The notes under the pieces are model-generated. The model was not told the origin of the DNA. It ran no database searches and saw only the letters and a program-made list of their open reading frames with translations. A program made the translations under genes and the position numbers. Source: Bacteroidota bacterium (lineage in GTDB: Bacteria; Bacteroidota; Ignavibacteria; UBA10030; UBA6906). From it: 64,000 bases of DNA. Of the stretch, positions 50,711 to 60,888 are shown piece after piece. The stretch is taken from the NCBI GenBank assembly GCA_036397975.1, contig DASWHW010000009.1, positions 204 to 64,203 on the forward strand. The letters run 5' to 3'. Numbering within the stretch: position 1 is the stretch's first letter; every line of letters begins with the position of its first letter.

Positions 50711-51154
50711 TTATTCACGAACGACCCAGACCTTCACCTTGCCGGTTACTTGCGGATGTAGCTTCACGTCCACGGTGTAGATACCGAGGGCTTTGATGGG
50801 TTCTTCAAGATCGATCGAGCGTTTGTCAATCTCGATGCCTTTTTCCTTCAGAGCCTCACCGATCATTTGCGACGTGACAGCGCCAAAGAGCTTTTCGTCT
50901 TCTCCGACCTTCATCTGAAGGGTAATGGACACCCTTTCGAGTTCAGCCGCCCGATGTTCGGCTGCATGCTGTTCCTTGTGGCTGCGCTGTTCCGCAGATT
51001 TCTTTTCCTCTTCGAGGGCTCTCATGCTTCCAGCGCTTGCGGGATATGCGAACCCTTTTGGGATCAAGAAGTTCCGCGCGAATCCATCCTTCACGTCGAC
51101 AACAGACCCGATTGCCCCGAGTTTTTCGTGTTCTTTTCGTAAAATGACTTTCAT
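50711..51154 (-). CDS. rplI: 50S ribosomal protein L9
   Basis: MKVILRKEHEKLGAIGSVVDVKDGFARNFLIPKGFA. The ORF track's upstream extension was rejected. Confidence 0.85.
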   Translation of the reverse strand: MKVILRKEHEKLGAIGSVVDVKDGFARNFLIPKGFAYPASAGSMRALEEEKKSAEQRSHKEQHAAEHRAAELERVSITLQMKVGEDEKLFGAVTSQMIGEALKEKGIEIDKRSIDLEEPIKALGIYTVDVKLHPQVTGKVKVWVVRE

Positions 51155-51164
51155 CAGTTTCTCC

Positions 51165-51455
51165 TTAACGTATCGAGTCAGATACAAATGGCAACAATGC
51201 AAGGTGCCGGGCGCGCTTGATTGCGGTAACAAGCTGACGCTGATATTTTGCAGATGTTCCGGTAATCCGGCGGGGAATGATTTTTCCCTGCTCCGTTGTA
51301 AATCGTTGGAGCATCTTCTCATCTTTATAATCTATGTAGATTACTTTTTCTGCGGTGAACCGGCAAGTGCGTTTCTTACGCGGCCCCCCCTGGTTGTCGC
51401 GATCGCGGCGAGGTCTTCGTGTTCCCCGTTCTTTTCCTTTGGTGGCGTTTCTCAT
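51165..51455 (-). CDS. rpsR: 30S ribosomal protein S18
   Basis: 96 aa. ...[51 protein letters not shown]. Confidence 0.85.
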   Translation of the reverse strand: MRNATKGKERGTRRPRRDRDNQGGPRKKRTCRFTAEKVIYIDYKDEKMLQRFTTEQGKIIPRRITGTSAKYQRQLVTAIKRARHLALLPFVSDSIR

Positions 51456-51865
51456 TTTTTACTCTCGTTGTCGGTGAATAATGGTTCGCGTGTACTAAAG
51501 GCAGGCGTCTCTTCGACGGGTTCTTGAGCGGCCTTGACAAGAGACGCAGCACGGGCTTTCAAAGCGTTCTTACTGAGTTTGATCGTGAGATGGCGGAGGA
51601 TAAGTTCATCGAGACTGTAGGCACGTTCAAGAACCCCGATGGATGAAGGGGGACCCTCGAATTCAATATGAACGTAATATCCGTTGGTTTTTTTGTGGAT
51701 AGGATACGCGAGACGTTTGCGACCCCATTTGTTCAGCGCGGTAATTGTGCCGCCGTTCTTTGTGATGGTCTCCTGCACGCGCGCAATTGTCGATTCTATT
51801 TGCGCGTCATCAAGAGATGCATTCACGATGACCGTGGTTTCGTAGATTTGTTGTTTTTGATTCAT
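51452..51865 (-). CDS. rpsF: 30S ribosomal protein S6
   Basis: 137 aa. [27 protein letters not shown]...[11 protein letters not shown]. Confidence 0.85.
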   Translation of the reverse strand: MNQKQQIYETTVIVNASLDDAQIESTIARVQETITKNGGTITALNKWGRKRLAYPIHKKTNGYYVHIEFEGPPSSIGVLERAYSLDELILRHLTIKLSKNALKARAASLVKAAQEPVEETPAFSTREPLFTDNESKK

Positions 51866-51961
51866 ATGTTTTCCCTCTGGACTCTAATGTGAATTAGGTG
51901 GCCCTTCTGCGCCTTCTCTTGTCGAAGGTGAAGAGCAGGGGAGCATTCGGAGGAAGTCCCT

Positions 51962-52528
51962 CTAGTTATTATAATTGTTCATGAGCACCGCAAAATCAGT
52001 TCGTGTGCAATCCGTAATAGCCAGTACCGCCCGTTGAACCACTGCTTGCGCAGTATCTATCTCATTCGAATCAAACGGCGACAGAACGAACTCGGCCAGA
52101 TCTGCTATTTCTTTTCCCGGGTGAATACCCATCCGGAGCCTGGGAAAATCTTCAGTCCCCAGATCCTCGATGATTGAGCGAAGGCCATTATGCCCCCCGT
52201 GACTTCCCCGCTCCCTTATCCGAAGTTTGCCCAAGGGGAGGTCCGCATCGTCAACAACTACCAGGAGATGTTCCGCCGTTTGGTGTAAGTCGTTCAACAG
52301 TGCCGTGACAACGCCGCCACTTGCGTTCATGTACGTCATCGGCTTTGCGACGATAAGGAAACGGCCATCGTCTTGAATCTGTTCCCAAAGAAACTCACCG
52401 GAACCCCATTTCAGCGAGATGTCGAACCGATCGCATATCGCATCGACCACCATGAATCCAATATTGTGTCGTGTCGAGCGATACTGCGTACCGGGATTGC
52501 CAAGGCCGACAACAATTGTGGGATTCAC
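51962..52528 (-). CDS. pth: peptidyl-tRNA hydrolase
   Basis: 188 aa. IVVGLGNPGTQYRSTRHNIGF...GSHGGHNGLRSI. Confidence 0.9.
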   Translation of the reverse strand: MNPTIVVGLGNPGTQYRSTRHNIGFMVVDAICDRFDISLKWGSGEFLWEQIQDDGRFLIVAKPMTYMNASGGVVTALLNDLHQTAEHLLVVVDDADLPLGKLRIRERGSHGGHNGLRSIIEDLGTEDFPRLRMGIHPGKEIADLAEFVLSPFDSNEIDTAQAVVQRAVLAITDCTRTDFAVLMNNYNN

Positions 52529-52537
52529 ATTACCGGT

Positions 52538-53242
52538 CTACTTTTCGTCCTTCTCTTTCCCCTTCACCGACTCTTTCCCCTTCACCGGCTTTTCTTCATC
52601 CTCCTCATCGTCCTTCTTTCCCTTACCAACGACTTCAGGTTCTGCCGGAATTCCTTCAACTTCAGCGACCACTTCAACCTCTGGTGCCTTTTCAACCGTC
52701 GGCGGCATAACACCTACGATTGAACTGTCCTGGTTGTCCAAGATAGTGACATTGGCGACATTGAGATCGCGGACGTGGATAAAGTCATTGATCGCAAGGG
52801 TTCCGACCTCCACCGCAATTTTCTCGGGGATATGCCGCGGCAAACAACTCACTTTGATTTTGTGGATGATATGCTGCAGCACTCCACCCTCGCGGACTCC
52901 GACAGGCGTACCACCCGTCAGCACGACGGGGATTTCCAGAGTCAACGCCTCGTCCTCCCTCAACCCCTGGAGATCGAAATGGATCGGCATGTCGCTGACA
53001 GGATCGAACTGAACATCCCGCAGGATGCATTTTTTCGATCCTCCGTCATTGAGTTGCAGATCAATGATATGAGTCTCTGACGTGTAGATCAGGGGTTTCA
53101 GGCTTGGGCCGGGGACTTCAATACTGATGTTGCCCTCTCCATGTGCATAGAACACCCCGGGGACTTTCCCCTCGGCGCGAAGATGCTTCGCAGCTCTTGC
53201 AGACGTTTCGCGCACCTGCGCTTTAAGAACTAATTCCGACAT
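52538..53242 (-). CDS. rplY: 50S ribosomal protein L25 / general stress protein Ctc
   Basis: 234 aa. L25/Ctc core with a Lys/Glu-rich C-terminal tail. Confidence 0.85.
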   Translation of the reverse strand: MSELVLKAQVRETSARAAKHLRAEGKVPGVFYAHGEGNISIEVPGPSLKPLIYTSETHIIDLQLNDGGSKKCILRDVQFDPVSDMPIHFDLQGLREDEALTLEIPVVLTGGTPVGVREGGVLQHIIHKIKVSCLPRHIPEKIAVEVGTLAINDFIHVRDLNVANVTILDNQDSSIVGVMPPTVEKAPEVEVVAEVEGIPAEPEVVGKGKKDDEEDEEKPVKGKESVKGKEKDEK

Positions 53243-53266
53243 GATTTATCCTTCCTATAAACTTTT

Positions 53267-54205
53267 TCAGCCTTTATCAATATCAAAGAGAGAACTGATG
53301 GACATATGCTTGAATGTTCTCTTCATCGCTTCTGCAAAGATATGAGCGACCGACTCAACTTCGATCAACTCCGGCTTGTTCCGGACAACCAGAGAATCGG
53401 TCACGATCATCTTCGAGAGGCCGGACGCACTCAATCGGTCAATTGCGTTTCCCGAGAGTACCGGATGAGTACACGCAGCGTACACGTCCTTTGCCCCCGC
53501 GCTCTTCAATGCTCGTGTAGCATTGCACAGTGTCCCGGCGGTATCGACCAGATCATCAACAATCAGGATATTCTTTCCTTTCGCATCGCCGATGATGTTC
53601 ATGATTTCCGCTTCGTTCTGCCGCGGCCGACGTTTGTCGATCACAATCAACTCTGCTTCGAGCCGTTTTGCGTAGGCTCTTGCCATCTTGATTCCCCCGA
53701 CATCGGGAGAAGCGACAGCAAGGTTCGAAATCTTCCTCTTCTTGAAGTACTTTACCAGAACTGCAGAAGAGTACAGATGGTCTACCGGAATATCAAAGAA
53801 ACCTTGAATCTGAGGAGCGTGCAGATCCATCGTGATCACTCTGTCTGCTCCCGCCTTGGTAATCAGGTTTGCTACCAGTTTAGCAGAGATAGAAACGCGG
53901 GGTTGATCTTTCCGATCCTGCCTTGCGTACCCGAAATAGGGAATCACCGCCGCAACCTTCCGTGCAGATGCTCTCTTCGCCGCATCAATCATGATCAGTA
54001 ATTCGATCAGATTTTCTGCCGGGGGATTTGTCGACTGGATAATGAAAACATCACTGCCACGGATGTTGTCACTGTACTTTACCCAGATCTCACCGTCACT
54101 GAACGTTTTGATTTCGCATTTTCCAAGAGAGCTCCCTATTTCTGCCGCAATTTTTTCGGCAAGGGGACGGTTGGATCGCCCGGAAAACACCTTGAATGTG
54201 CTCAT
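53267..54205 (-). CDS. prs: ribose-phosphate pyrophosphokinase
   Basis: 312 aa. ...VVSPDVGGIKMARAYAKRL...LIVDDLVDTAGTL PRPP synthetase motifs. Confidence 0.9.
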   Translation of the reverse strand: MSTFKVFSGRSNRPLAEKIAAEIGSSLGKCEIKTFSDGEIWVKYSDNIRGSDVFIIQSTNPPAENLIELLIMIDAAKRASARKVAAVIPYFGYARQDRKDQPRVSISAKLVANLITKAGADRVITMDLHAPQIQGFFDIPVDHLYSSAVLVKYFKKRKISNLAVASPDVGGIKMARAYAKRLEAELIVIDKRRPRQNEAEIMNIIGDAKGKNILIVDDLVDTAGTLCNATRALKSAGAKDVYAACTHPVLSGNAIDRLSASGLSKMIVTDSLVVRNKPELIEVESVAHIFAEAMKRTFKHMSISSLFDIDKG

Positions 54206-54407
54206 GGAATAGAGATCTAACGACAGAAAGGTGGATTTTTGAGGTCATCCCGCAGGGAAACCCTACATCCCTCCAAATTCAGGGCGTAAAGATAACAAAA
54301 TTGAGATAACCCTGCAAGGGGTATTTTGGATGCTTGAGCTTCCCAAATATCATCGTTGCCTCGAAAGAGAGGTTGCGAAACGGGTCAATGCATGATTTCA
54401 TCGGTCG

Positions 54408-57400
54408 CTATTGCAAGAGTATCATCTTGCGAATTGAACTGAACTCTCCAGCGATGATCCTGTAAAAGTACACGCCACTCGTCAAACGATGGGCGTTTGC
54501 AGAAACTTGAACGGCATGGTAGCCGCCTTTCATGCGCTCGTCAAGCAGCACCCCAATTTCCTGTCCGATAACATTGTATAGCTTTAGCTTCACCTGGACA
54601 TCCCGGGGGAGATCAAACGCAATCGTTGTTTGGGGATTGAACGGGTTTGGATAGTTCTGATGCAGGGCAAAATCTGTGGGAAGTATCGTGTGTCGTTCAT
54701 CCACACTAACACTTGGCGGAACAAAAAGCTGGACTGGAAACGTCCGCAATGATTGAGATGAATCGTTGCTGACAAGAATTACATTTGCGATGTAGAGTGT
54801 ATTAGGTGTCAATCCTACTGCATTGAGACCAACGGTGACATTAGTTGATGAAGATGGATTAGTAGCGCCGAAGGTTGGAGCAACAGAGTGCCATGAGCCC
54901 GCTGTTGAATCGAGAAAGAACCAATACAGAGTGCTTGATCCGTTGTTTGTTATGGTGATCTCGGTGTTGGAGCTTGCTCCGATCCCAAGTGTATCCGAGA
55001 CTCCTGTCGCGCTCAACTGCATTTTTGGAAGGCCAAGACTGTTGACCATCAACTGGACTGGAATATCAAGAACACCTTGGCCGATGCCGTCGATCAGAAA
55101 ACTCGCACCGTAGGTTCCGGGTGGCTTCGCGGCTAGAACTGCGAACGGGATCGTGGCTGAATCCCCGGCATTGACATTCAATGAAGTTGTATTGACTCTC
55201 ATCCAAGAGACGCCGGATTCACCATCAATGGCGCCGTGACCCCAATCTGGAGCGTAGTCCGGCAATGGAACACCTTCAATGCGCGCGAACGTTGAAGCGA
55301 CATTGATCTTATGGTCGGGATCATTGATTCCAAGTGTACCAAGCGGAATTGAATTAATGACAACCGTGAGAACGGAGTCATGCGTGATTGTTGGAAAGAG
55401 GGGGAGAACGAGGGAGTTATCTGATGTTCGAAAAATTGCCGCGACGGGATTGTTTCCCAGCCCTAAAGAATCCGCAAGTCTTCCGCTGACATCCACAAGA
55501 ATTTCATACTCGGAGCCAACGTCACGTCCCGCTGGTCCGAGCATCCATGGCACGGGCCATTGTCCCGTTCCAAAATCCTGATCGGTGTCCAGCGAAATGA
55601 ATCCGGCAACAGCACTATCCGGGTTCACCATTCGAATCTTGAGATCGAGGAGCGACCCGATTACAGGGATCGTCCGGATTTGATACTGCACATCAAGGAC
55701 ATCGACCCCTTGGAGGAAATTATCACCCCGGGCGTCATTGATGATTGTCGAGAATGTCACTGGTGATGAATCTTCGGATGGTTTGCCAACGGTGGTGTGC
55801 AGCGACTCTGCGATCGTAATCGACACAGGATTTGAAGTATTGTTGTGGATCGAAAACGAGTCGTCCAACCGAGTTCCGGTAACACCCTGTAACGTTATCG
55901 ACAGCGGAGCGATTGTTACGATGGTATCCACTGAAGTGGTATACGCGTACACTCGGATATTATCGACATAAAATCCATCACGTTGTTCACCGCCGTCACT
56001 GGCAAGGCGAAAGCGAAGTCTTATCTGCGATCCCGCATAAGCAGATAAATCGACCGCCTCCTCGATCCATGTCAACCCCGGCACAAAACTTTCATATCCC
56101 CACGCATTCGCCGGTTGTTGTCCACCGCTTCGTCCCGATCCGGAATGCGAATGGGGAGTCCGAACGTTCGTCCATGTTGCTCCGTTGTTTGAAGAGACTT
56201 CGAGCAATGCAAAGTCCCATGTTGGTTCGACCGCCCATTTCGTCCAATACTTGAGACAGACATAGTTCGCTGCCAGGAGGTTGACTTGAGAGTTCAACGT
56301 GAGGGCGTTGTTGGCGTTCGATTGATAATTTCCTGTGGGACTGTCCGTGAACGAATACAGCCCGCTGAAAGCATCAGTGGAAACGCCCCACCCCTGGCCG
56401 GTACTCCAATTCGCTGTCCCATTATCTGCACTGTCCGCGAATGCGAGGGTTGGAATACCGATAAACATTGTCAGCGTGTCATTTTTTGTGTAGCCTTCCA
56501 GGTCTGTAATGTTGACCAGGATTCTTGTCGAAATTCCTGAAGGCGCATTGGGTGCAACTGTACCATTGAGTGCAACAGGAGCCGTGGCTCGTCCGGCCAA
56601 TGTATTGATGTTGGCAGAACCGGGCGTCAGGTTGACAAATGGCGACGTTGATGATACAGTTACTGAAATATCGGATCCCGCTCCAACTCCGGCATTAAAC
56701 ACGTCCATGGTCAGAACGAAGTTCTCACCCCTCTCAACAAACCCATTCCCGTTTGAATCAACAAAGGAGTATTTTTTTATTTTAGGAGTAGAACCTGCGT
56801 AGTGTGCGAGCAGGTTGTTCATCGGGAGGTTCTCAATTGCAAGCGGGAGGATTTCTGCTTGTGATGGCCAGAAGCCCGTCGTGCCGACTTCCGGGGTCAT
56901 GGTATAGGTCTGTGGTTTTGTGGTGTCGCCATACATATAATCGTCCGAATTCCCTCTGGTAGAATAGTTGACCGTTTGAAGATCCGTGCCGCTTGTATAA
57001 TGGTTGTTGGCAATCATGTGGTATGACCATTCGCGGAAAAGGAGAGAGTCGTTGCTCTCCCGAGATGCATATCCCCATGGAAAAATCAATAGATTACTGT
57101 ACGTGTGGTAGTTGAAACACGTCCTGATATTATGCGAACGCATGAAAGTATCGATGGTCTGGTTCTCCGGCTCGGAGAATGGCGCCGGTCCGCGGTACGT
57201 GTCGCTGCTCGGCGATGTGCTTGAGCCGCCGTTCGATGAATTCCACATATAGAACGGACCATAGTTTCTATTAGGGTCGACCCCGTATGAGCCGCCGTTG
57301 TTCCTACGATTCTTTCTCCAGAACCCGCCACCATTTGGGTTTGTGGTTTGATTGTAGACGTAACCATCGGGATTCACCACCGGAATAAACCATAGCTGTC

Positions 57401-58016
57401 TGTTGTTGATGAGATAAGTTGCTTCAGGATCTGTTCCGTAGTGTTCAAGCAACCACCACATGTAGTAGAGAACCGTCATCATTCCCTGAGGTTCCCGGGC
57501 ATGATGAAGGGCGGTATAGAGGACCTCGGGCTCATCCGGTTCAGCCATTGTCGGATTGTCGGAGATCTTCACGGCCCACAATGCTCTTCCTTCGTGGCTC
57601 CCCCCAACTGAATCCCGAACGGTGATTAGGTTGGGATAGAGAGTGTGCATTGAGTCCAACTGTTGAAGGACTTCCGTGAACGTGTAGAATCCTCCCATGC
57701 TGCCATACCCGAAGCCGAGCGGGTTAAAGGGCTCCGAAGAAATTCGGGACGAAGTATACGCAGCGAGATCATCGATAATAACTTCGTAAGGAATATTGCG
57801 TGCCGAGAGTTGCTGGAGTTCGAAATCCCCCACAACAAATTCCATTGGACCACCAATTTTTCCGGTGCTCCCCTCGAAATCGGTTCCGGAATCCCAAATG
57901 CTGGCGAGTATTTGGTGGTTGGGAACGTTTATTCTTATTTGGCGGAACTTTTCGAGAGCCAACAATGACGAATCAAATAACAACGCGGCCAATGCGACAA
58001 AAAGTAACTTCTTCAT
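54408..58016 (-). CDS. M14-family zinc carboxypeptidase, very large multidomain secreted protein with T9SS C-terminal sorting domain
   Basis: Signal peptide MKKLLFVALAALL. M14 motifs (LHHAREPQG...NPDGY). Long beta-rich middle region. C-terminus ...KLKLYNVIGQEIGVLLDE...GVYFYRIIAGEFSSIRKMILLQ is a typical Por/T9SS CTD. The track's extension to 58184 was rejected. Confidence 0.75.
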   Translation of the reverse strand: MKKLLFVALAALLFDSSLLALEKFRQIRINVPNHQILASIWDSGTDFEGSTGKIGGPMEFVVGDFELQQLSARNIPYEVIIDDLAAYTSSRISSEPFNPLGFGYGSMGGFYTFTEVLQQLDSMHTLYPNLITVRDSVGGSHEGRALWAVKISDNPTMAEPDEPEVLYTALHHAREPQGMMTVLYYMWWLLEHYGTDPEATYLINNRQLWFIPVVNPDGYVYNQTTNPNGGGFWRKNRRNNGGSYGVDPNRNYGPFYMWNSSNGGSSTSPSSDTYRGPAPFSEPENQTIDTFMRSHNIRTCFNYHTYSNLLIFPWGYASRESNDSLLFREWSYHMIANNHYTSGTDLQTVNYSTRGNSDDYMYGDTTKPQTYTMTPEVGTTGFWPSQAEILPLAIENLPMNNLLAHYAGSTPKIKKYSFVDSNGNGFVERGENFVLTMDVFNAGVGAGSDISVTVSSTSPFVNLTPGSANINTLAGRATAPVALNGTVAPNAPSGISTRILVNITDLEGYTKNDTLTMFIGIPTLAFADSADNGTANWSTGQGWGVSTDAFSGLYSFTDSPTGNYQSNANNALTLNSQVNLLAANYVCLKYWTKWAVEPTWDFALLEVSSNNGATWTNVRTPHSHSGSGRSGGQQPANAWGYESFVPGLTWIEEAVDLSAYAGSQIRLRFRLASDGGEQRDGFYVDNIRVYAYTTSVDTIVTIAPLSITLQGVTGTRLDDSFSIHNNTSNPVSITIAESLHTTVGKPSEDSSPVTFSTIINDARGDNFLQGVDVLDVQYQIRTIPVIGSLLDLKIRMVNPDSAVAGFISLDTDQDFGTGQWPVPWMLGPAGRDVGSEYEILVDVSGRLADSLGLGNNPVAAIFRTSDNSLVLPLFPTITHDSVLTVVINSIPLGTLGINDPDHKINVASTFARIEGVPLPDYAPDWGHGAIDGESGVSWMRVNTTSLNVNAGDSATIPFAVLAAKPPGTYGASFLIDGIGQGVLDIPVQLMVNSLGLPKMQLSATGVSDTLGIGASSNTEITITNNGSSTLYWFFLDSTAGSWHSVAPTFGATNPSSSTNVTVGLNAVGLTPNTLYIANVILVSNDSSQSLRTFPVQLFVPPSVSVDERHTILPTDFALHQNYPNPFNPQTTIAFDLPRDVQVKLKLYNVIGQEIGVLLDERMKGGYHAVQVSANAHRLTSGVYFYRIIAGEFSSIRKMILLQ

Positions 58017-58225
58017 ACTAGGGATCCTTTGGTCGTGAACAGCGGGGAGGAATAGGATAGTATAAAGAATGCGCACTCGAATGACAACAGGTTTTGGCCG
58101 ACGAAAAGACATGAGAGAACACGGCCACTCCTTCGATGATTGACTTTCTGAAGTGATTTCTATACTTTTGGTCACCTCAAACACTTGACCTGCAAATCCA
58201 AACAGAAAATACTAATGGAGCCTGG

Positions 58226-58807
58226 ATGAACTCAAATCCCTCAAGAATATCCCTGACAAGATATTTCAGTCTTGCCAACCAAGGTGTTGGAATGCAGACT
58301 CTCTGGATTGTTTTTTTTGCAGCGTTGACTGCTATTGGGGCGCAGGTTGAGATTCCCAATTACCCTGTACCTTTTACTTTGCAAACATTGTTTGTTTTGC
58401 TTGCAGGAGCCCTCTTGGGACCGCGGAACGGAGCACTAAGCCAGATACTTTACCTGGTTGCGGGATTACTCGGCGCCCCGGTTTTCTCCGGCGCTGGATT
58501 TGGTATCGTGAAGCTCGTTGGAGTGACAGGGGGGTATCTTGCGGGCTTTCCAATCGCGGCGGCTCTCGTGGGTTATCTTCTTCAGAAGCAGGATGGTTTG
58601 GCTTGGACGTTCGTATCTATGGGGTTAGGGCTTGTTGTTGTCTTCTCGTGTGGAACGCTTCATCTGTACACTTACCACATTCATAATTTCAGTGCTGCCT
58701 TTACCTCGGGTTTTATGATCTTTTCGTGGTGGGATATTCTCAAGCTGGGAGCAGCCGCGATGACTTACCATGAAATTGCGAAGCGATGGCCGCGTGTGCC
58801 GCGGTAG
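58226..58807 (+). CDS. bioY: biotin transporter BioY
   Basis: VPFTLQTLFVLLAGALLG BioY signature. The true start may be the internal Met at 58292 (MQTLWIV...). Confidence 0.75.
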   Translation: MNSNPSRISLTRYFSLANQGVGMQTLWIVFFAALTAIGAQVEIPNYPVPFTLQTLFVLLAGALLGPRNGALSQILYLVAGLLGAPVFSGAGFGIVKLVGVTGGYLAGFPIAAALVGYLLQKQDGLAWTFVSMGLGLVVVFSCGTLHLYTYHIHNFSAAFTSGFMIFSWWDILKLGAAAMTYHEIAKRWPRVPR

Positions 58808-58828
58808 CAGCAAGAATTCTGAAATAGA

Positions 58829-58852
58829 AAAGCCGGGGTGCCCGGTTTTTCT
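58829..58852 (+). terminator. rho-independent terminator after bioY
   Basis: agccggg-gtg-cccggtt stem-loop followed by tttc. Confidence 0.45.
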
Positions 58853-58880
58853 TGAACATTTGAACACAGTTTTGTCTTAT

Positions 58881-59735
58881 CTACCCCTGCAATACACGAT
58901 CGCTTAATTGTTTCATCTCATCTCGAATCAGATCACGAATGCGGCGAAACTCCTCCAGTTGTTCCTCTCGAGGTCCCGCGAACTCTGCCGGATCGTCAAA
59001 GGGAATATGCTCTGTCGTATGAAGCCCAGGAATGACCGGACAGCTCTCGCGGGCATGGTCACAGACGGTGACCACGTGATCGAGTTGTGTCCTCATGAAG
59101 TCATTCACTGACTTCGATGAATGAGGTGTAATGTCAATGCCTGCCTCGCTCATAACCTCAATCGCGACAGGATGAACAAACGAGGGGTGTGTTCCCGCGC
59201 TGGATGCCTTGATTCTCGTTCCTCCAAAATGCTGCAACCATCCCTCTGCCATCTGACTCCTGCAGGAGTTTCCCGTGCAGACGATGAGGACATGCGGAAC
59301 GAGATCCAGCTTCATGCATGCTGCATGAGATGGACAGGCATCGGTGAATTCAACAGATGATGCAACTGCCTCCGGAACTTCCGCTCGGTTGATGCGGCGA
59401 AATCCCTTCTTATGGAAAAAGTGTTCGGCAGTGTTGGTGAGGAGAAACAATGATTGGATTCCCTTCGAGCGCGCCTTTTGAAAACATGCATTGAACAATT
59501 TTGAGCCGATACCATATTGCCGTAGGGATGCATCAACAACCGCTGAGCGAAGCAATGAAGCCTGCCCGTAATCTTCCAGACCAATGGCGCCAATAATCGA
59601 GCCATCCCGTTGCGCAACAAGAAATCCCTGAACGTGTTCCGAGACCCCGATGGTCGGCAGGTCTGCGGCTTCCAGGAGCCTAACTATATCCTCAAGATCA
59701 TTGCGCGACGCGTCTCGAATGGAGATGTTTTTCAT
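58881..59735 (-). CDS. arsC: fusion protein: GNAT N-acetyltransferase (ArsN-like) + low-molecular-weight-phosphatase-type arsenate reductase (ArsC)
   Basis: 284 aa. The N-terminal ~150 aa is a GNAT fold (QASLLRSAVVDASLRQYGIGSKL). The C-terminal half carries the LMW-PTP/ArsC CTGNSCRS P-loop (VLIVCTGNSCRSQMAEGW). Confidence 0.7.
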   Translation of the reverse strand: MKNISIRDASRNDLEDIVRLLEAADLPTIGVSEHVQGFLVAQRDGSIIGAIGLEDYGQASLLRSAVVDASLRQYGIGSKLFNACFQKARSKGIQSLFLLTNTAEHFFHKKGFRRINRAEVPEAVASSVEFTDACPSHAACMKLDLVPHVLIVCTGNSCRSQMAEGWLQHFGGTRIKASSAGTHPSFVHPVAIEVMSEAGIDITPHSSKSVNDFMRTQLDHVVTVCDHARESCPVIPGLHTTEHIPFDDPAEFAGPREEQLEEFRRIRDLIRDEMKQLSDRVLQG

Positions 59736-60481
59736 TTGGTACCCGTGACGGTGATGCTTACCAAACCGAAGCCATATTCGCTAAACGTATTGACGGTCCT
59801 TTCCTTCATTATTCTTACATCAGAAAAACCGGCCTTGCGAAGTTCTTCGACATACTGTTGTTTCTCGACAGCTCCGCTCACGCAGTTCGTCCAGAGGGAG
59901 AGGTTGTTCCTGGCGTCTTCGTTCACTTCGCCAACCGTGACGATATCGGAAACTGTGAACCGGCCGTTCGCTCTAAGTACGCGGAACATCTCGAGAAATG
60001 CTTTTCGCTTGTCCGGCACTAGGTTCAAAACGCAGTTGCTCAGGACATAGTCAACAGAGTCGGACTGAAGAGGCATAGAGTCGATTGAGCCGAGAACAAA
60101 TTCGACATTTGCGATGCCGAGTTTCTCTTTGTTCTTCGTGGCGCGATCAATCATCGCAGGAGTCATATCAAGCCCGATCGCCTTGCCTGTCGGTCCCACT
60201 TCCTTCGCGGCGAGGAAGACGTCGATTCCGGCACCCGATCCCAAATCGAGGACTGTCATACCATTCTTAAGTTCGGCGAAAGCCGTGGGGTTGCCGCATC
60301 CCAATCCCAGGTCGGCCTCCTCAAGAATCCGCTGATCTGTTGATGAATATTGTTCATTCATACCGGGGGCATTATCCCCACCACATCCACAGGAAGACGA
60401 GCAGCATCCACTGTCCTGTAGAGCAGCATCCGTATATCTCTCGACAACAGCGTCCTTTATCTTCTTTTCCGTGTCCATCAT
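59732..60481 (-). CDS. arsM: arsenite S-adenosylmethionine methyltransferase ArsM
   Basis: Cys pairs near the N-terminus (GCCSSSCGCGG). Class I SAM-MTase motif VLDLGSGAGID. A further Cys in NCVLNL. The start is taken at MMDTEKK. Confidence 0.8.
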   Translation of the reverse strand: MMDTEKKIKDAVVERYTDAALQDSGCCSSSCGCGGDNAPGMNEQYSSTDQRILEEADLGLGCGNPTAFAELKNGMTVLDLGSGAGIDVFLAAKEVGPTGKAIGLDMTPAMIDRATKNKEKLGIANVEFVLGSIDSMPLQSDSVDYVLSNCVLNLVPDKRKAFLEMFRVLRANGRFTVSDIVTVGEVNEDARNNLSLWTNCVSGAVEKQQYVEELRKAGFSDVRIMKERTVNTFSEYGFGLVSITVTGTK

Positions 60482-60488
60482 TGTCTCC

Positions 60489-60875
60489 TTATTGAAGTGA
60501 AGCGGGAATCTGTCCAAACTTGACATTGGAAAATGTCGCGCAGCATCCCCGCCGAATATTTGAGACGAGCCTCTGCTTGTCCCGGATTGTTTTTTCATTT
60601 CCTTCCATGAGCTTTCGGGCGCAGTCCAGAACGTCACGTTGTTCCTTGGTGAGTGAAGGGACTATGGAATAAAGCATCCACAATCCCTGTTTCCTCGCCT
60701 TTATTAGCCCAGTGCGTCGTAGGTATCCGAGGTGCCGGGAGACCTTCGTCTGTGTTATGCCGAGAACCGATTCGAGATCGCAGACGCACAATTCGCCACT
60801 GGAGAAGAGAAGATGGATAATCCTCAATCGCGACGGGTCAGCGAGCGCTCGAAAAAGCGTTGCCATCTTTTGCAT
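60489..60875 (-). CDS. arsR: ArsR/SmtB family metalloregulator
   Basis: 128 aa. LADPSRLRIIHLL..GELCVCDL (the ELCVCDL metal-binding site) within a winged HTH. Confidence 0.8.
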   Translation of the reverse strand: MQKMATLFRALADPSRLRIIHLLFSSGELCVCDLESVLGITQTKVSRHLGYLRRTGLIKARKQGLWMLYSIVPSLTKEQRDVLDCARKLMEGNEKTIRDKQRLVSNIRRGCCATFSNVKFGQIPASLQ

Positions 60876-60888
60876 TTCGTGAATCCTT

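Noticed and set aside
54300-54330. Short hairpin ccctgcaagggg followed by a T-rich tract between prs and the M14 gene
   Set aside because: The stem is only 4 bp. It is too weak to call as a terminator without expression data.
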